Below, one piece after another: positions 30,161 to 40,439 of a stretch of DNA of 64,000 nt. Made by a program: the position numbers and the translations under genes. Source of the stretch: an uncultured Actinomycetota bacterium. GTDB lineage: Bacteria; Actinomycetota; Acidimicrobiia; Acidimicrobiales; RAAP-2. The DNA lies in assembly GCA_963715855.1 (NCBI GenBank), contig OY970279.1, positions 1,856,363 through 1,920,362 of the forward strand, written 5' to 3'. The notes under the pieces are model-generated. The model did not search any database. It had not been told where the DNA came from and worked only from the letters and a program-made list of their open reading frames with translations. Numbering within the stretch: position 1 is the stretch's first letter; every line of letters begins with the position of its first letter.

Positions 30161-30595
30161 ATGGAAATCCAGGTCAAGGTCCTGCACCCTGACGCCGTCG
30201 TCCCGTCGTACGCCAACGACGGTGACGCTGGCTGCGACCTCGTCGCAGTGGAGCAGTGCGCGTTGGCCCCGGGCGGCGGACGCGCGTTGGTCGCCACGGG
30301 ACTCAGTGTGGCCATACCTGAGGGTCACGGCGGCTTCGTCCTGCCGCGAAGCGGACTGGCCGCGCGTCACGGCGTGACCTGCGTGAACGCGCCCGGGCTC
30401 ATCGACCCGGGCTACCGCGGCGAGGTGAAGGTCGCGTTGGTCAACCTCGATCCGTACGACGAGTACGTCGTCCACGCCGGCGACCGCATCGCGCAACTAG
30501 TTGTGATACCCCTGGACACCATTGGCTTCACGGTCGTGGCCGAGTTGCCGGCGGCGAGTCGTGGCGAGGGTGGTTTCGGCAGCACGGGCCGTTAA
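30161..30595 (+). CDS. dut: dUTP diphosphatase
   Basis: AGCDL, PRSGLA, GLIDPGYRGE, RIAQLV, RGEGGFGSTG. Confidence 0.96.
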   Translation: MEIQVKVLHPDAVVPSYANDGDAGCDLVAVEQCALAPGGGRALVATGLSVAIPEGHGGFVLPRSGLAARHGVTCVNAPGLIDPGYRGEVKVALVNLDPYDEYVVHAGDRIAQLVVIPLDTIGFTVVAELPAASRGEGGFGSTGR

Positions 30596-30647
30596 CACAT
30601 CGTGGGCGGGTGACCGCGCCTGAGGGGTCGGCTAAAGTAGTCGTCAC

Positions 30648-30723
30648 GCGGACGTAGCTCAGTTGGTAGAGCGCGACCTTGCCAAGGTCGAGGTCGCCGG
30701 TTCGAGCCCGGTCGTCCGCTCCA
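30648..30723 (+). tRNA. tRNA-Gly(GCC)
   Basis: GCGGACG acceptor stem, CGACC-TTGCCAA-GGTCG anticodon arm, TTCGAGC T-loop, encoded CCA. Confidence 0.97.
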
Positions 30724-30724
30724 G

Positions 30725-30766
30725 CATCGAGGTCCCGGTTCCCACCACGGAGTCGGGATCTCGATG
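30725..30766 (+). terminator. 13-bp hairpin immediately after tRNA-Gly
   Basis: CATCGAGGTCCCG...CGGGATCTCGATG (one G-T pair). Confidence 0.65.
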
Positions 30767-30909
30767 TGTCGTTTAGGACCCCTCGCCCGTCATCGAAGGT
30801 TGCTCGGGCGCTGCCGGACTCGATCAGTTCTTCACTGCGCGCCGCGGGCCCACGTCACCCACGCAGCACTAGACGGTCACGCGCGAACGCGCGTCGTTGA
30901 CTCGACTGG

Positions 30910-31173
30910 TTACGACGCGTCGCCGCTCAGCGAGCCGTGCTCGGTCTCGTAGGTCTTGAGGGTCTCGACGTAGCCGGAGATGTCGCTGTCGGCCGACCCA
31001 GTGGCGCGATCGGTCTTCTGCAGGAATACAGCGAGTCCCAGCTGGCGCAAGACGCCGTCGGCGGCCTTCTTCGCCTGCATCTCGTCAACCTTGGCCTGAC
31101 CCTTCTGCGCAGCTTCCTTCGCCGCCTGTGCGGCGGCTGACGCCTGTCCCTTGACCTTGTCCATTAGTCCCAT
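30910..31173 (-). CDS. Small hypothetical protein (87 aa, helical, A/K/Q-rich)
   Basis: GGAGGTGG RBS before ATG; MGLMDKVKGQASAAAQAAKEAAQKGQAKVDEMQAKK. Confidence 0.7.
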   Translation of the reverse strand: MGLMDKVKGQASAAAQAAKEAAQKGQAKVDEMQAKKAADGVLRQLGLAVFLQKTDRATGSADSDISGYVETLKTYETEHGSLSGDAS

Positions 31174-31317
31174 GGACCACCTCCATAACTTTCGTGTCCT
31201 TGTGACGAGGGTACTTGCTCGTTCGCACACGTGCATCTGGCCGCCGAGTACCTCACGATTCGATTCACACGGTGTGGACGTCAGCGTGCTTGCGTAGGCT
31301 GCCGGTCGGAGGTCGCC

Positions 31318-32253
31318 ATGATTCATCCAGCGCTCGCGCCGTACGTCCGCGAGGCCCAGGAGCACCCGCGGGCTCACCCGGCGACGATCTCGGTCGAGGA
31401 GCGCCGGGCGGTCTATCGCGCTCGGGCCGACGCGCTGCGCGGCACTCCTGAGGCTGTCGAGTCCGTCAGGGATATGGAGCTGCCACTCGAGGGTCGCCAG
31501 CTCGCGGCGCGACTCTACGTTCCCTCCGGCGACGAAGGGCGAGCGTTGGTGATCTTCTTTCATGGAGGATCCTTCGTCGAGGGGGACCTGGACACGCACG
31601 ACGCGCTGTGCCGCCAGCTCGCCGCGCACATCGGCGTTCGTTTCCTCGCGGTCGCGTACCGCCTGGCCCCCGAGAACCCGTTCCCGGCGGCGGTCGACGA
31701 CGCCACCGACGTGGTGCGCTACGTCGCGAGTCACGGCGGCGACTTCGACGAACCGTCCGTGCGCCTGATCGTGATGGGTGACTCGGCGGGCGCGACGCTC
31801 GCCACCGTGGCCGCGACGGCCACTCGCGCCGAACCCATTGACGTCGCGGCGCAGGTTCTGATCTACCCGACGCTGGGTCCCGACGTCTTGACCGACTCGT
31901 CGCACACCTACGCCCAGGGGTACTTCCTCGACGTCGAGCACCTGCGCTACGACTACGGGCAGTACCTCGCGGGGTACGCCAACCACGCCGATCCGCGGGT
32001 GTCGCCCTTGATGTCCGACGATCTCGTCGGGTCGCCGCCAGCGGTGCTGGTCCTCGCCGAGTGCGACCCGCTGCGCGACGAGGGTCTCGCCTACGCGGGG
32101 TTGCTCGAGCACTTCGGCGTGCGCGTGACTTTGCTCGAGGCCGCGGGGATGCCGCACGGATTTCTTCGGATGGGCGGTGCCGTGCCTGAGGCCCGCGAAG
32201 TCGTCGACGACCTGGCCACGCACCTTCACCGACTTGTGGCCACGTCGCTGTGA
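31318..32253 (+). CDS. Alpha/beta hydrolase (HSL-family esterase)
   Basis: FHGGSF, GDSAGA, ECDPLRDEG, MPHGF. Confidence 0.92.
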   Translation: MIHPALAPYVREAQEHPRAHPATISVEERRAVYRARADALRGTPEAVESVRDMELPLEGRQLAARLYVPSGDEGRALVIFFHGGSFVEGDLDTHDALCRQLAAHIGVRFLAVAYRLAPENPFPAAVDDATDVVRYVASHGGDFDEPSVRLIVMGDSAGATLATVAATATRAEPIDVAAQVLIYPTLGPDVLTDSSHTYAQGYFLDVEHLRYDYGQYLAGYANHADPRVSPLMSDDLVGSPPAVLVLAECDPLRDEGLAYAGLLEHFGVRVTLLEAAGMPHGFLRMGGAVPEAREVVDDLATHLHRLVATSL

Positions 32254-33716
32254 ACGTCCTCTTCATCACCCTCGACCAGTTCCGGGGTGACGCATACGGT
32301 GCCGCCGGACACCCGCTGACGATCACGCCGACGCTCGACCGGATCGCGCGCGAGGGCGTTCGCCTGGCGCGTCACTACTCCCAGGCCGCGCCCTGCGCGC
32401 CGGGACGCGCCGCGATCTACACCGGGATGTACCAGATGAACAACCGGGTCGTGGCGAATGGGACACCGCTGGCCGCGGGCGTGGACAACATGGCTCTGGT
32501 GGCTCGGCGGGCGGGCTTCGATCCGACGCTCTTCGGCTACACCGACCAAGGCATCGACCCCAGTCGCGCCGAGGGGCTCGACGACCCGCGCCTCGACACC
32601 TACGACAGCGTGCTTCCCGGATTCTCGGTGGGTCTCTTCCTGCCCGAGAGCCAGGCCGGATGGATCCAGTACCTGCGGGCCAAGGGCTACGACGTCGACT
32701 ACGGCTGGAAGGCCGCGCTGATGGGTGAGCCGGACCGTCCGGTCGAGGACTCCCTGGGCGGGTTCCTCACCACGCGCTTCCTCGAGTGGTTGGGTCACCA
32801 GGGGAGCGGATGGTTCGCCCACCTCAGCTACCTGCGGCCCCACCCGCCCTACGCCGCGGCGGGCGAGTACTCGCACCTCTACGACCCGGCCGACGTGGAA
32901 GAACCCATCGCGCCGGTCGAGGCCGAGCGGCGCCACCCGCTGCACGAGTTCGCTCTGGGCTATCCGGCCAGCGCCGCGCCAACGGACCCCGATGAGATGC
33001 GTCGCCTCAAGGCCCAGTACTACGGGATGGTCAGCGAGGTCGACTCGCAGTTAGGTCGCGTCGTCGGGGCAATCGAGGCCCGCGGTGAGTGGGACGAGAC
33101 GCTGGTCGTCGTGACGTCGGACCACGGCGAGCAGCTCGGTGACCACGGCCTCTTGGAGAAGTTGGGTTTCTTTCCCCAGAGCTATCACATCGTTGGGCTC
33201 TGGCGCGATCCTCGCCGCGCTGACGCGGGCGTGACGGTCAACTCCTACACCGAGAACGTCGATCTCCTGCCCACCCTGGCCGTCGCGTTGGGTCTGGACG
33301 TGCCGGCTCAGTGCGACGGCCGCCCGCTTGACTCTCTGATCAACGGCGATAGCTCGTCGTGGCGGTCAACGGCGCACTACGAGTGGGACTACCGCAACGG
33401 TGAGCTGCGTCGACAGCCGACGCGCCGCTCCGTCGACTGGGCACTCAGCGGACTCAATCTCGCCGTCTCGGTGGGCGACGATATTGCCTACGTGCAGTTC
33501 GGTGACGGGTCGTATCGCTGCTTCGATCTGCTGGCCGATCCCACCTGGCGCACCGAGTGCACCGACGCCGACCGGGTGCTCGCTGCCGCCCAGGAGCAAC
33601 TGGTGTGGCGCCAGACCCATCAGCGCCGCGAGCTGACCGACCTGTTGCTGCGACCGTCTCGACCGGGCCGTTGGCCGGAGCCATCGTCGCGCGCGGGACT
33701 ACTTCAGACCACGTAA
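32250..33716 (+). CDS. Sulfatase/alkaline-phosphatase superfamily, phosphonate monoester hydrolase-like
   Basis: ITLDQFRGD, CAPGR (formylglycine CxPxR), SYLRPHPPY, TSDHGEQLGDH. Confidence 0.85.
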   Translation: MNVLFITLDQFRGDAYGAAGHPLTITPTLDRIAREGVRLARHYSQAAPCAPGRAAIYTGMYQMNNRVVANGTPLAAGVDNMALVARRAGFDPTLFGYTDQGIDPSRAEGLDDPRLDTYDSVLPGFSVGLFLPESQAGWIQYLRAKGYDVDYGWKAALMGEPDRPVEDSLGGFLTTRFLEWLGHQGSGWFAHLSYLRPHPPYAAAGEYSHLYDPADVEEPIAPVEAERRHPLHEFALGYPASAAPTDPDEMRRLKAQYYGMVSEVDSQLGRVVGAIEARGEWDETLVVVTSDHGEQLGDHGLLEKLGFFPQSYHIVGLWRDPRRADAGVTVNSYTENVDLLPTLAVALGLDVPAQCDGRPLDSLINGDSSSWRSTAHYEWDYRNGELRRQPTRRSVDWALSGLNLAVSVGDDIAYVQFGDGSYRCFDLLADPTWRTECTDADRVLAAAQEQLVWRQTHQRRELTDLLLRPSRPGRWPEPSSRAGLLQTT

Positions 33717-34283
33717 GAGGCCGTCGAGCAGCGCCTCGTAGGTGTCATTGACGTGGTGGGCGAAGTTGATGTTGAGGATCTCCAGCGACACGTAACCGTG
33801 GCAAGAGGCCCACAGCATCTGGGCCACGTCGCCGGCGCGTAGCCCGTGGAAGTATCCGGCTTCTTGGGAGCGCTCCACTTGATTCACCAACGCCTCAAAA
33901 GCCCGAGCCGCGGCGTGACTGGCCTCAAGCGACGGCTCGAAGCCGACGAAGTGGTGCATGAACATCACGGTGTAGTGCGCCCGGTGCTCCAGCGCGAAGC
34001 GCCGGTAGGCGACACCGGCGTCGCGAAGATCTTCCAGGGGCGAGTGTCGGCGCAGACTGATGCATTCGCGCAGCAGTTCGAAGCCATCGACCCAGATCGC
34101 CTCCAACACCCCGTTCTTGCCGTCGAAGTGGTTGTAGAGAGCCATGGGCGCGACGCCGGCCCGCGAAGCGATTGCCCGGACGGTGAAGCCGTCGGGACCC
34201 TCCTCGCCGAGTAGCGAAAGCGCGGCGTCCAGGACGTCAGCGCTGATGCGAAGAGACGGAGTTCGGGTCTGGCGTTCGATCAC
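33699..34283 (-). CDS. TetR-family regulator with WHG C-terminal domain
   Basis: FTVRAIASRAGVAPMALYNHF, LWASCHG. Confidence 0.92.
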   Translation of the reverse strand: MIERQTRTPSLRISADVLDAALSLLGEEGPDGFTVRAIASRAGVAPMALYNHFDGKNGVLEAIWVDGFELLRECISLRRHSPLEDLRDAGVAYRRFALEHRAHYTVMFMHHFVGFEPSLEASHAAARAFEALVNQVERSQEAGYFHGLRAGDVAQMLWASCHGYVSLEILNINFAHHVNDTYEALLDGLLRGLK

Positions 34284-34304
34284 GCTACATAGTGTAGTAC
34301 GTTG

Positions 34305-34331
34305 TGCTATAATAATAGAACATCGTTCTAT
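34305..34331 (+). promoter_or_regulatory. Extended -10 promoter of the MFS gene with candidate TetR operator
   Basis: TG-C-TATAAT at 34305-34313 followed by the inverted repeat ATAGAAC-ATC-GTTCTAT at 34315-34331. Confidence 0.65.
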
Positions 34332-34346
34332 AGGGGAGTGATTTCC

Positions 34347-35906
34347 ATGGGTGAGGCACACGATCGGCGTTGGGGGGTATTGGCGGTCCTGTCGATTGCC
34401 GTGTTCTTGGTGGTCGTCGACAACACGGTGGTCAACGTCGCACTGCCGACGTTGGCGCGCGACATGGGAGCGTCGAACTCGGCCTTGCAGTGGATCGTCG
34501 ACGGCTACTCGCTGCCCTTCGCGGGCCTCCTCTTGGCCGGCGGTGGACTGTCGGACCGCCTGGGTCGGCGCCGGGTCATGCAGAGCGCGCTCGTCGCTTT
34601 CGGCGTGTTCTCCTTCGTCGCTGCGCACTCGACCAACGTCACGACCTTGCTCGCGGCGAGGGCCTTCATGGGCGCGGCCGCGGCGTTCATCTTCCCGGCG
34701 ACGCTGTCACTCCTCACCGTGACCTTCGACGACCCCAACGAACGCGCCACCGCCTTCGGCATCTGGGGCGCCGTCGGTGGCGTGGCGATCGCCGTGGGGC
34801 CGGTCCTCGGTGGGGTATTGATTGTCCACTACTGGGTCGGCTCGATCTTCCTCATCAACTTGCCCGTCGTCGTACTGGCCGTCATCTTGACCAACTGGAT
34901 CGTGCCCGAGTCGCGCAGCCCGCAGCGACGCCGATTTGACCTCAGCGGCCTCGCGTTGGGCACGCTCGGCGTGTCGACGTTGGTGCTGGCCATCATTGAA
35001 GGACCATCGTGGGGGTGGACCGACACGACGACCTTCGCACTCTTCGCCGCGGCCGCGGTCCTTCTCTTCTCCTTCATCCACTACGAGTCGCGCCGCGAGG
35101 GTCCGTTGCTCGACGTTCGGGTGTTCCGCCGGGGAGCCTTCTCCGCGGGCGCCGCCGCGGTGTCCGCGGCGCATTTCTGCCTCTTCGGGTTCATCTTCCT
35201 CATCACCCAGTACTTCCAGCTGGTGCGTGGCTACACGGCCCTCTCGGCGGGCGTGCACACCCTGCCCTTCGCCGCGGTCGCCATGGTGGCCACTCCCATG
35301 GGTGCCCGCCTCGCCGTGCGAATAGGGACGCGCACCGTGGTGTCGAGCGGGCTCTTCGTCATGGGTGCCTCCATGATCTGGGTCAGCCGAATCGGTGCGA
35401 CGGCCCCGTTCTTCGGCCCCGTGATCGGATCCATGATGGTGATGGCACTGGGCTTCTCACTAATCAACGCCCCGGCGACCGCGGCCATCATGTCGACGCT
35501 GTCGCCCGAACAGATTGGCGCTGGCGCCGCCACCAACGAGACGACCCGCGAGCTCGGCGGAACGATGGGCGTCGCGGTCATCGGGTCGGTCTTCTCCTCG
35601 TTCTTCGGACCGGCGGTGCGACGGGCCTTCTCCGGCGTGGGTGTCAGGGGATCCACCCTGGCCCACGCGCAGAGCTCGATGCAGATGGCCCGGGCCACCG
35701 CGGCTCGATTGCCGTCAGGCGTGCGGCTTCGGGTGAGCCACGCTGTGACCGAGGCCTTCATCAATGGACTGCACCGCGGGTGTCTGGTGGCGGCTCTTCT
35801 GGTCGCCGTGGTGGGCGTTGTGGTGATCGCGGCCATGCCGGCGCGTCGCGCGACCGTGGACGTCCCTGTGGACGACGTACCGGTGCTGAATGCAGCGAGT
35901 AGTTGA
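34347..35906 (+). CDS. DHA2 (EmrB/QacA) MFS efflux transporter
   Basis: DNTVVNVALP, GLSDRLGRRR, GPVLGG. Confidence 0.92.
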   Translation: MGEAHDRRWGVLAVLSIAVFLVVVDNTVVNVALPTLARDMGASNSALQWIVDGYSLPFAGLLLAGGGLSDRLGRRRVMQSALVAFGVFSFVAAHSTNVTTLLAARAFMGAAAAFIFPATLSLLTVTFDDPNERATAFGIWGAVGGVAIAVGPVLGGVLIVHYWVGSIFLINLPVVVLAVILTNWIVPESRSPQRRRFDLSGLALGTLGVSTLVLAIIEGPSWGWTDTTTFALFAAAAVLLFSFIHYESRREGPLLDVRVFRRGAFSAGAAAVSAAHFCLFGFIFLITQYFQLVRGYTALSAGVHTLPFAAVAMVATPMGARLAVRIGTRTVVSSGLFVMGASMIWVSRIGATAPFFGPVIGSMMVMALGFSLINAPATAAIMSTLSPEQIGAGAATNETTRELGGTMGVAVIGSVFSSFFGPAVRRAFSGVGVRGSTLAHAQSSMQMARATAARLPSGVRLRVSHAVTEAFINGLHRGCLVAALLVAVVGVVVIAAMPARRATVDVPVDDVPVLNAASS

Positions 35907-35963
35907 ACTCTGGTATCAATGGAGGCCGACGCGGACCGCGTCGCGAGAAGATGGGGATAATTC

Positions 35964-36851
35964 ATGAAGCACGCATCTGGGGCGCGACTTGCGCTCGTTT
36001 CCGGGGCCGTAGCAGCGCTGGTGGTGACGTCGTTCGCCATCGCGGGAGCCTCCACCTCGATCAAGGGAAAGTACAACGCCGCCGCCGCCGGTCTGGTTCC
36101 CGCCGCCTACAAGGGCAAAACGCTCCAGGTGGCCACGGACGCGACCTACCCGCCGGACGAGTCGATGAGTGGCTCCACGATGGTTGGCTTTGACGTCGAC
36201 TTCATGAAGGCGATCGGCACGACGTTGGGTCTCAAGGTCAATGAGGTCAACGTCACCTTTGACGCCATCATTCCGGGCTTGCTGTCGAACCACTATCAGG
36301 TCGGCAACTCGTCCTTCACGGACAACAAGCTGCGCGAGAAGCAGGTCAACTTCGTGGACTACTTCCAGGCCGGCGAAGGCGTGTACGCCAAAGCGTCATC
36401 GACACTGACCTTCACCGGTTTCAAGAGCTTCTGCGGTTGGAAGGTCGCGGTCGAGACGGGAACGGTCGAACAGTCCGACGCCAAAGCGGCGCAGAAGGAT
36501 TGCCCCAGCGGCAAGAAGATCACGATCTTGCCGTTCCCGACCCAGACGTCCGCCAACCTGGCCGTGTCCTCCGGACAGGCCAACGTCGGCTTCGTTGACA
36601 GCCAGATCGCGGGCTACATCGCCACGACCTCCCACGGTGTCTTCAAGGTCATCGGCAGTGCCGTCAACGTGGCTCCCTACGGGATCGCCACTCAGAAGAA
36701 CTCCAACGGCCTCGCCTTGGCCAAGGCGATCCGGGCGGCGCTCAAGGTCCTCATCGCCAACGGGACGTACCACGCGATTCTCAAGAAATGGGGCGAGACC
36801 GGCGGTGGTTTCACCGCGAACAAGATCATCTTGAACGGGGCCATCTCGTAG
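35964..36851 (+). CDS. Polar amino-acid ABC transporter substrate-binding protein
   Basis: TDATYPPDE, GFDVD, VTFDAIIPGL, VETGTV. Confidence 0.9.
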   Translation: MKHASGARLALVSGAVAALVVTSFAIAGASTSIKGKYNAAAAGLVPAAYKGKTLQVATDATYPPDESMSGSTMVGFDVDFMKAIGTTLGLKVNEVNVTFDAIIPGLLSNHYQVGNSSFTDNKLREKQVNFVDYFQAGEGVYAKASSTLTFTGFKSFCGWKVAVETGTVEQSDAKAAQKDCPSGKKITILPFPTQTSANLAVSSGQANVGFVDSQIAGYIATTSHGVFKVIGSAVNVAPYGIATQKNSNGLALAKAIRAALKVLIANGTYHAILKKWGETGGGFTANKIILNGAIS

Positions 36852-36873
36852 TTCCTTGTAGTAAACAACTGCC

Positions 36874-37887
36874 ATGATGACGAACGGGGACGACGTAGTA
36901 AAGGTCGTCCCCGTTCGTCACGTAGGTCGCTGGATTGGCAGTTTCTGCACCCTCGTCGTAGTGGCGATGGTGATTCACTCCATCTTCTCCAAGGTCCCCT
37001 CGGGTCAGAGGGTCTGCCGGACGGTCGCGGGAGTGCGTTCGTGCCATGCCACCTACCTGTGGCGTTTCCGCTGGGACGTGGTCGGGCAGTACTTCACCAG
37101 CAGCGAGATCTTGCGCGGACTGGTGATCACGCTGGAACTGACCGGCCTGGCGATGTTGATCGGGATCGTTCTGGGAGTGCTGCTGGCCATCATGCGCATT
37201 TCCAAGAGCCGCCTGCTGTCGTCGACGGCGTGGACCTACACGTGGTTCTTTCGCGGGACCCCCGTGCTCGTCCAGCTGCTGTTTTGGTTCGCGATCTCGG
37301 CCGTCTTCCCCAAGCTGACCATCGGACTTCCCTTTCTTCCCGTCACCTTCTTCCAGTTCCACGCCACGACGTTCTTCACGCCCTTTCACGCGGCCGTCGT
37401 TGCCTTTGGCTTGAACGAGGCCGCGTACTTCTCCGAGATCGCTCGCGCGGGATTGCTGTCAATCGACGAGGGTCAGATCGAGGCGGCGAGTTCGCTCGGC
37501 ATGACGCATCGCCAGACTCTCCAACTGGTGATTCTTCCCCAGGCGATGCGCGTGATCCTGCCACCAACGGGCAACGAGGTGATCTCGATGCTCAAGACCA
37601 CCTCGCTGGCCAGTTTCGTCTCGGTCACGGAACTTCTGGGGGCGGCCGCGAACATCTACGCCGCAAACTTCCTGACCATCCCGCTGTTGATCACGGCGAG
37701 CCTCTGGTACATGATCGTGACCACGATCCTGTCGACAGGACAGTTCTACGTGGAGCGTCACTTCTCTCGGGGTGTCTTGCGCACACCTCCACCGACTCCG
37801 ATTCAGCGCCTTCGCAATGACGCGCGTGGAGTCGTGGCTAAGTTTCGAACGCGACGCGCACCTCTGGCGACGCCGGTAGCGCCGTGA
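36874..37887 (+). CDS. Polar amino-acid ABC transporter permease
   Basis: [25 protein letters not shown]. Confidence 0.92.
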   Translation: MMTNGDDVVKVVPVRHVGRWIGSFCTLVVVAMVIHSIFSKVPSGQRVCRTVAGVRSCHATYLWRFRWDVVGQYFTSSEILRGLVITLELTGLAMLIGIVLGVLLAIMRISKSRLLSSTAWTYTWFFRGTPVLVQLLFWFAISAVFPKLTIGLPFLPVTFFQFHATTFFTPFHAAVVAFGLNEAAYFSEIARAGLLSIDEGQIEAASSLGMTHRQTLQLVILPQAMRVILPPTGNEVISMLKTTSLASFVSVTELLGAAANIYAANFLTIPLLITASLWYMIVTTILSTGQFYVERHFSRGVLRTPPPTPIQRLRNDARGVVAKFRTRRAPLATPVAP

Positions 37888-38645
37888 CGGCCATGATCGA
37901 GGCCCGAGGAGTCCGCAAGTCCTACGCGGGGATCGAGGTTCTGCGCGGCGTGGACCTCACCGTGGAGCGCGGCGAGGTGACCTGTCTCATCGGACCGTCG
38001 GGCTCCGGAAAGTCCACCCTGCTGCGGTGCGTCAATCACCTCGAGAAGCACGACGCGGGGGAACTGCGAGTCGACGGCCACCTCGTGGGATACCGCCTAC
38101 GCGAAAACAGACTCCACGAACTCAACGACAAGCAGATCTGTGCGGAGCGTGCCCAGATCGGGATGGTCTTCCAGCGGTTCAATCTCTTTCAGCACTTCAC
38201 CGTGCTCGAGAACATCACGATCGGCCAGGAGAAGGTGAAGGGACTCTCCGCCGAGGCGGCGCGGGTGAAAGCGCGCGAGCTGCTCGAGCGCGTGGGGCTC
38301 GTCGACAAGGAGACCAACTACCCGAGCCAACTCTCGGGAGGCCAGCAGCAGCGGGTCGCCATCGCCCGAGCGTTGGCGATGGAGCCCAAGCTGATGCTCT
38401 TCGACGAGCCGACCTCCGCGTTGGACCCGGAGCTCGTGGGCGAGGTGCTCGACGTGATGAAGGACCTCGCGAGAAGTGGCATGACCATGGTCGTGGTTAC
38501 GCACGAGATGGGATTCGCTCGCGAGGTCGCCGACTCGCTGTACTTCCTGGACCAGGGAATCATCGAGGAGTCGGGCGACCCCCGCCAGGTTTTGTCCGCG
38601 CCGTCGTCAGAACGCTTGAAGGGCTTTCTCTCCAAGGTCCTCTAA
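37884..38645 (+). CDS. Polar amino-acid ABC transporter ATPase (GlnQ-like)
   Basis: [35 protein letters not shown]. Confidence 0.94.
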   Translation: MTAMIEARGVRKSYAGIEVLRGVDLTVERGEVTCLIGPSGSGKSTLLRCVNHLEKHDAGELRVDGHLVGYRLRENRLHELNDKQICAERAQIGMVFQRFNLFQHFTVLENITIGQEKVKGLSAEAARVKARELLERVGLVDKETNYPSQLSGGQQQRVAIARALAMEPKLMLFDEPTSALDPELVGEVLDVMKDLARSGMTMVVVTHEMGFAREVADSLYFLDQGIIEESGDPRQVLSAPSSERLKGFLSKVL

Positions 38646-38683
38646 GCACTGCGACTACGTTCATGGACAACGTCGCGACGACG

Positions 38684-39472
38684 TTATGCGTCTCGTCGCT
38701 GGAAGAGAAGCATGCCGACCCCCACGATGACCACGACGTAGAGGGCCAGCAGCCCGGTCGCGCTCCACGGCCCGAATGTCTGGTCCGGTGGGGTGGTCGC
38801 CGTCATCGCCCGTCCGAGGGCTGACGGTTCGTACTTGGTAAGCGTGGCCTGAAGGCTCTGGGGCAAGAAGAAGATGATGAGTGGCACGAGGAGCACCAGC
38901 CCGGTGAACGTGGAGATCGTCGCCGGACTCTGGCGCAAGATCAAGCCGAGTCCGAGGCCCACCGCGGCGAGCATCGTCAGATAGACGCCACCGAGAACGA
39001 CCGCGCGAAGGTCCGAACCGTTGGCCAAGGTGTCGGTGGACGCGGGGATCATGCCCGAGTAGACCGTCTGTCCGATGAGGAACGCGGCGAAACATACGAC
39101 CTCGCCGAGCACGATCATCGTGCCGGTCAGGACGATCAACTTGGCTGCGATCAGTCGTCGCCTCACCGGCACCGCGGTGAGGGTGGAGCGGATGCTCCCA
39201 GAGCTGTACTCGCTCGTGATGAAGAGCGAACCGATCACGCCGACCGCGAACTGGGCCAGCGAGATGCCGCCGAGACTGGTTGACACCGGGTCGAACGTCA
39301 ACTTGTCCAACGCGGCCATCTGATCCCAATGGGAGTGAATCAATGTCGTGATTAAGACGGCCAGTCCCACCGTCAAGACCACGAAGATCACCGCGCCCAG
39401 GACGGTGGAGCGGACCGAGCGGAACTTGATCCACTCCGAACGGGTGACGGCCAGCAGCGTGATGTCGCTCAC
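38684..39472 (-). CDS. ABC exporter permease
   Basis: SEWIKFRSVRST, SEYSSGSIRSTLTAVP. Confidence 0.87.
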   Translation of the reverse strand: MSDITLLAVTRSEWIKFRSVRSTVLGAVIFVVLTVGLAVLITTLIHSHWDQMAALDKLTFDPVSTSLGGISLAQFAVGVIGSLFITSEYSSGSIRSTLTAVPVRRRLIAAKLIVLTGTMIVLGEVVCFAAFLIGQTVYSGMIPASTDTLANGSDLRAVVLGGVYLTMLAAVGLGLGLILRQSPATISTFTGLVLLVPLIIFFLPQSLQATLTKYEPSALGRAMTATTPPDQTFGPWSATGLLALYVVVIVGVGMLLFQRRDA

Positions 39473-40386
39473 GGATGGCTGTCCAGTTTGGCGCCGCCAA
39501 ATTCGACGGAGTCGGCGGTGAGCTCCATGAAGACCTCTTCGAGCGACGCGCGTTGGGGCGTGAGCTCCCAGATCGTGACGCCCGCGGCGTGCGCGGTCTC
39601 ACCAACCTCGTCGCTGGTCAGCCCGCTCACACTGAGCGCGCGGTCATTGACGGGCGTGACAACGGCGTGACGGGCGCGCAGTGCCACCGTCAAAGCGTCC
39701 GGGTCCGAGGCCCGGACGAACACGGTGCCCTGGACCGTGGCCGTGAGGTCGTCGACCGTCCCTCGGGTAATGAAACTGCCCTTGCCGATCACGACAATCT
39801 CGTCAGCGGTGAGGGCCATCTCGCTCATGAGGTGCGAGCTGACAAACACGGTGCGTCCCTGATCGGCCAGAGAGCGAAAGCTCTCCCGAATCCATCGGAT
39901 GCCCTCGGGGTCCAACCCGTTCACCGGCTCGTCGAACATGAGTACCGCCGGATCGCCCAGCATCGCCGCCGCGATCCCGAGACGTTGGCACATGCCGAGT
40001 GAGAACTGGCCGACCTTCTTGTCCGCCACCGTGGCGATGCCGGCGAAGGCGAGTACCTCGTCGACGCGCGATCGCGCAATCTGGTTGGAGGCCGCCAGGG
40101 CCTTCAGGTGATTGCGCGCGGTGCGACCCGGGTGGGCCGCCTTCGCGTCGAGAAGCGCCCCGACTTCGCGCAGCGGCGCCTTCAGCCTGTCGAACTGCTT
40201 CCCGTCGATGGTGGCCGAACCCTTGTCGGGGTGGTCCAGGCCGAGGATCACCCGCATGGTGGTCGACTTGCCAGATCCGTTGGGACCTAAGAAGCCGGTC
40301 ACTACCCCCGGACGCACGGTAAAGGAGAGGTCGTTGACCGCGACCGTCGAGCCAAACCGCTTCGTGAGGTGGTCGATCGCGATCAT
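39469..40386 (-). CDS. ABC exporter ATP-binding protein
   Basis: GPNGSGKST, FSLGMCQR, DEPVNGLDPEG. Confidence 0.92.
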   Translation of the reverse strand: MIAIDHLTKRFGSTVAVNDLSFTVRPGVVTGFLGPNGSGKSTTMRVILGLDHPDKGSATIDGKQFDRLKAPLREVGALLDAKAAHPGRTARNHLKALAASNQIARSRVDEVLAFAGIATVADKKVGQFSLGMCQRLGIAAAMLGDPAVLMFDEPVNGLDPEGIRWIRESFRSLADQGRTVFVSSHLMSEMALTADEIVVIGKGSFITRGTVDDLTATVQGTVFVRASDPDALTVALRARHAVVTPVNDRALSVSGLTSDEVGETAHAAGVTIWELTPQRASLEEVFMELTADSVEFGGAKLDSHP

Positions 40387-40439
40387 GGGACCCGTCCACC
40401 CTAACGAGGTTCAGGAACTTCGCTCGTCGAGCGCGAACC

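Noticed and set aside
30724-30910. Island or ncRNA after tRNA-Gly
   Set aside because: No att repeat or integrase; beyond the terminator hairpin I could not match any known RNA family.
31205-31260. Imperfect stem GAGGGTACT...AGTACCTC in a divergent intergenic region
   Set aside because: Short, bulged and likely by chance at this GC content.
35927-35943. 8-bp palindrome CGACGCGG-A-CCGCGTCG before the amino-acid ABC operon
   Set aside because: GC-only palindrome; cannot tell operator from terminator from chance.
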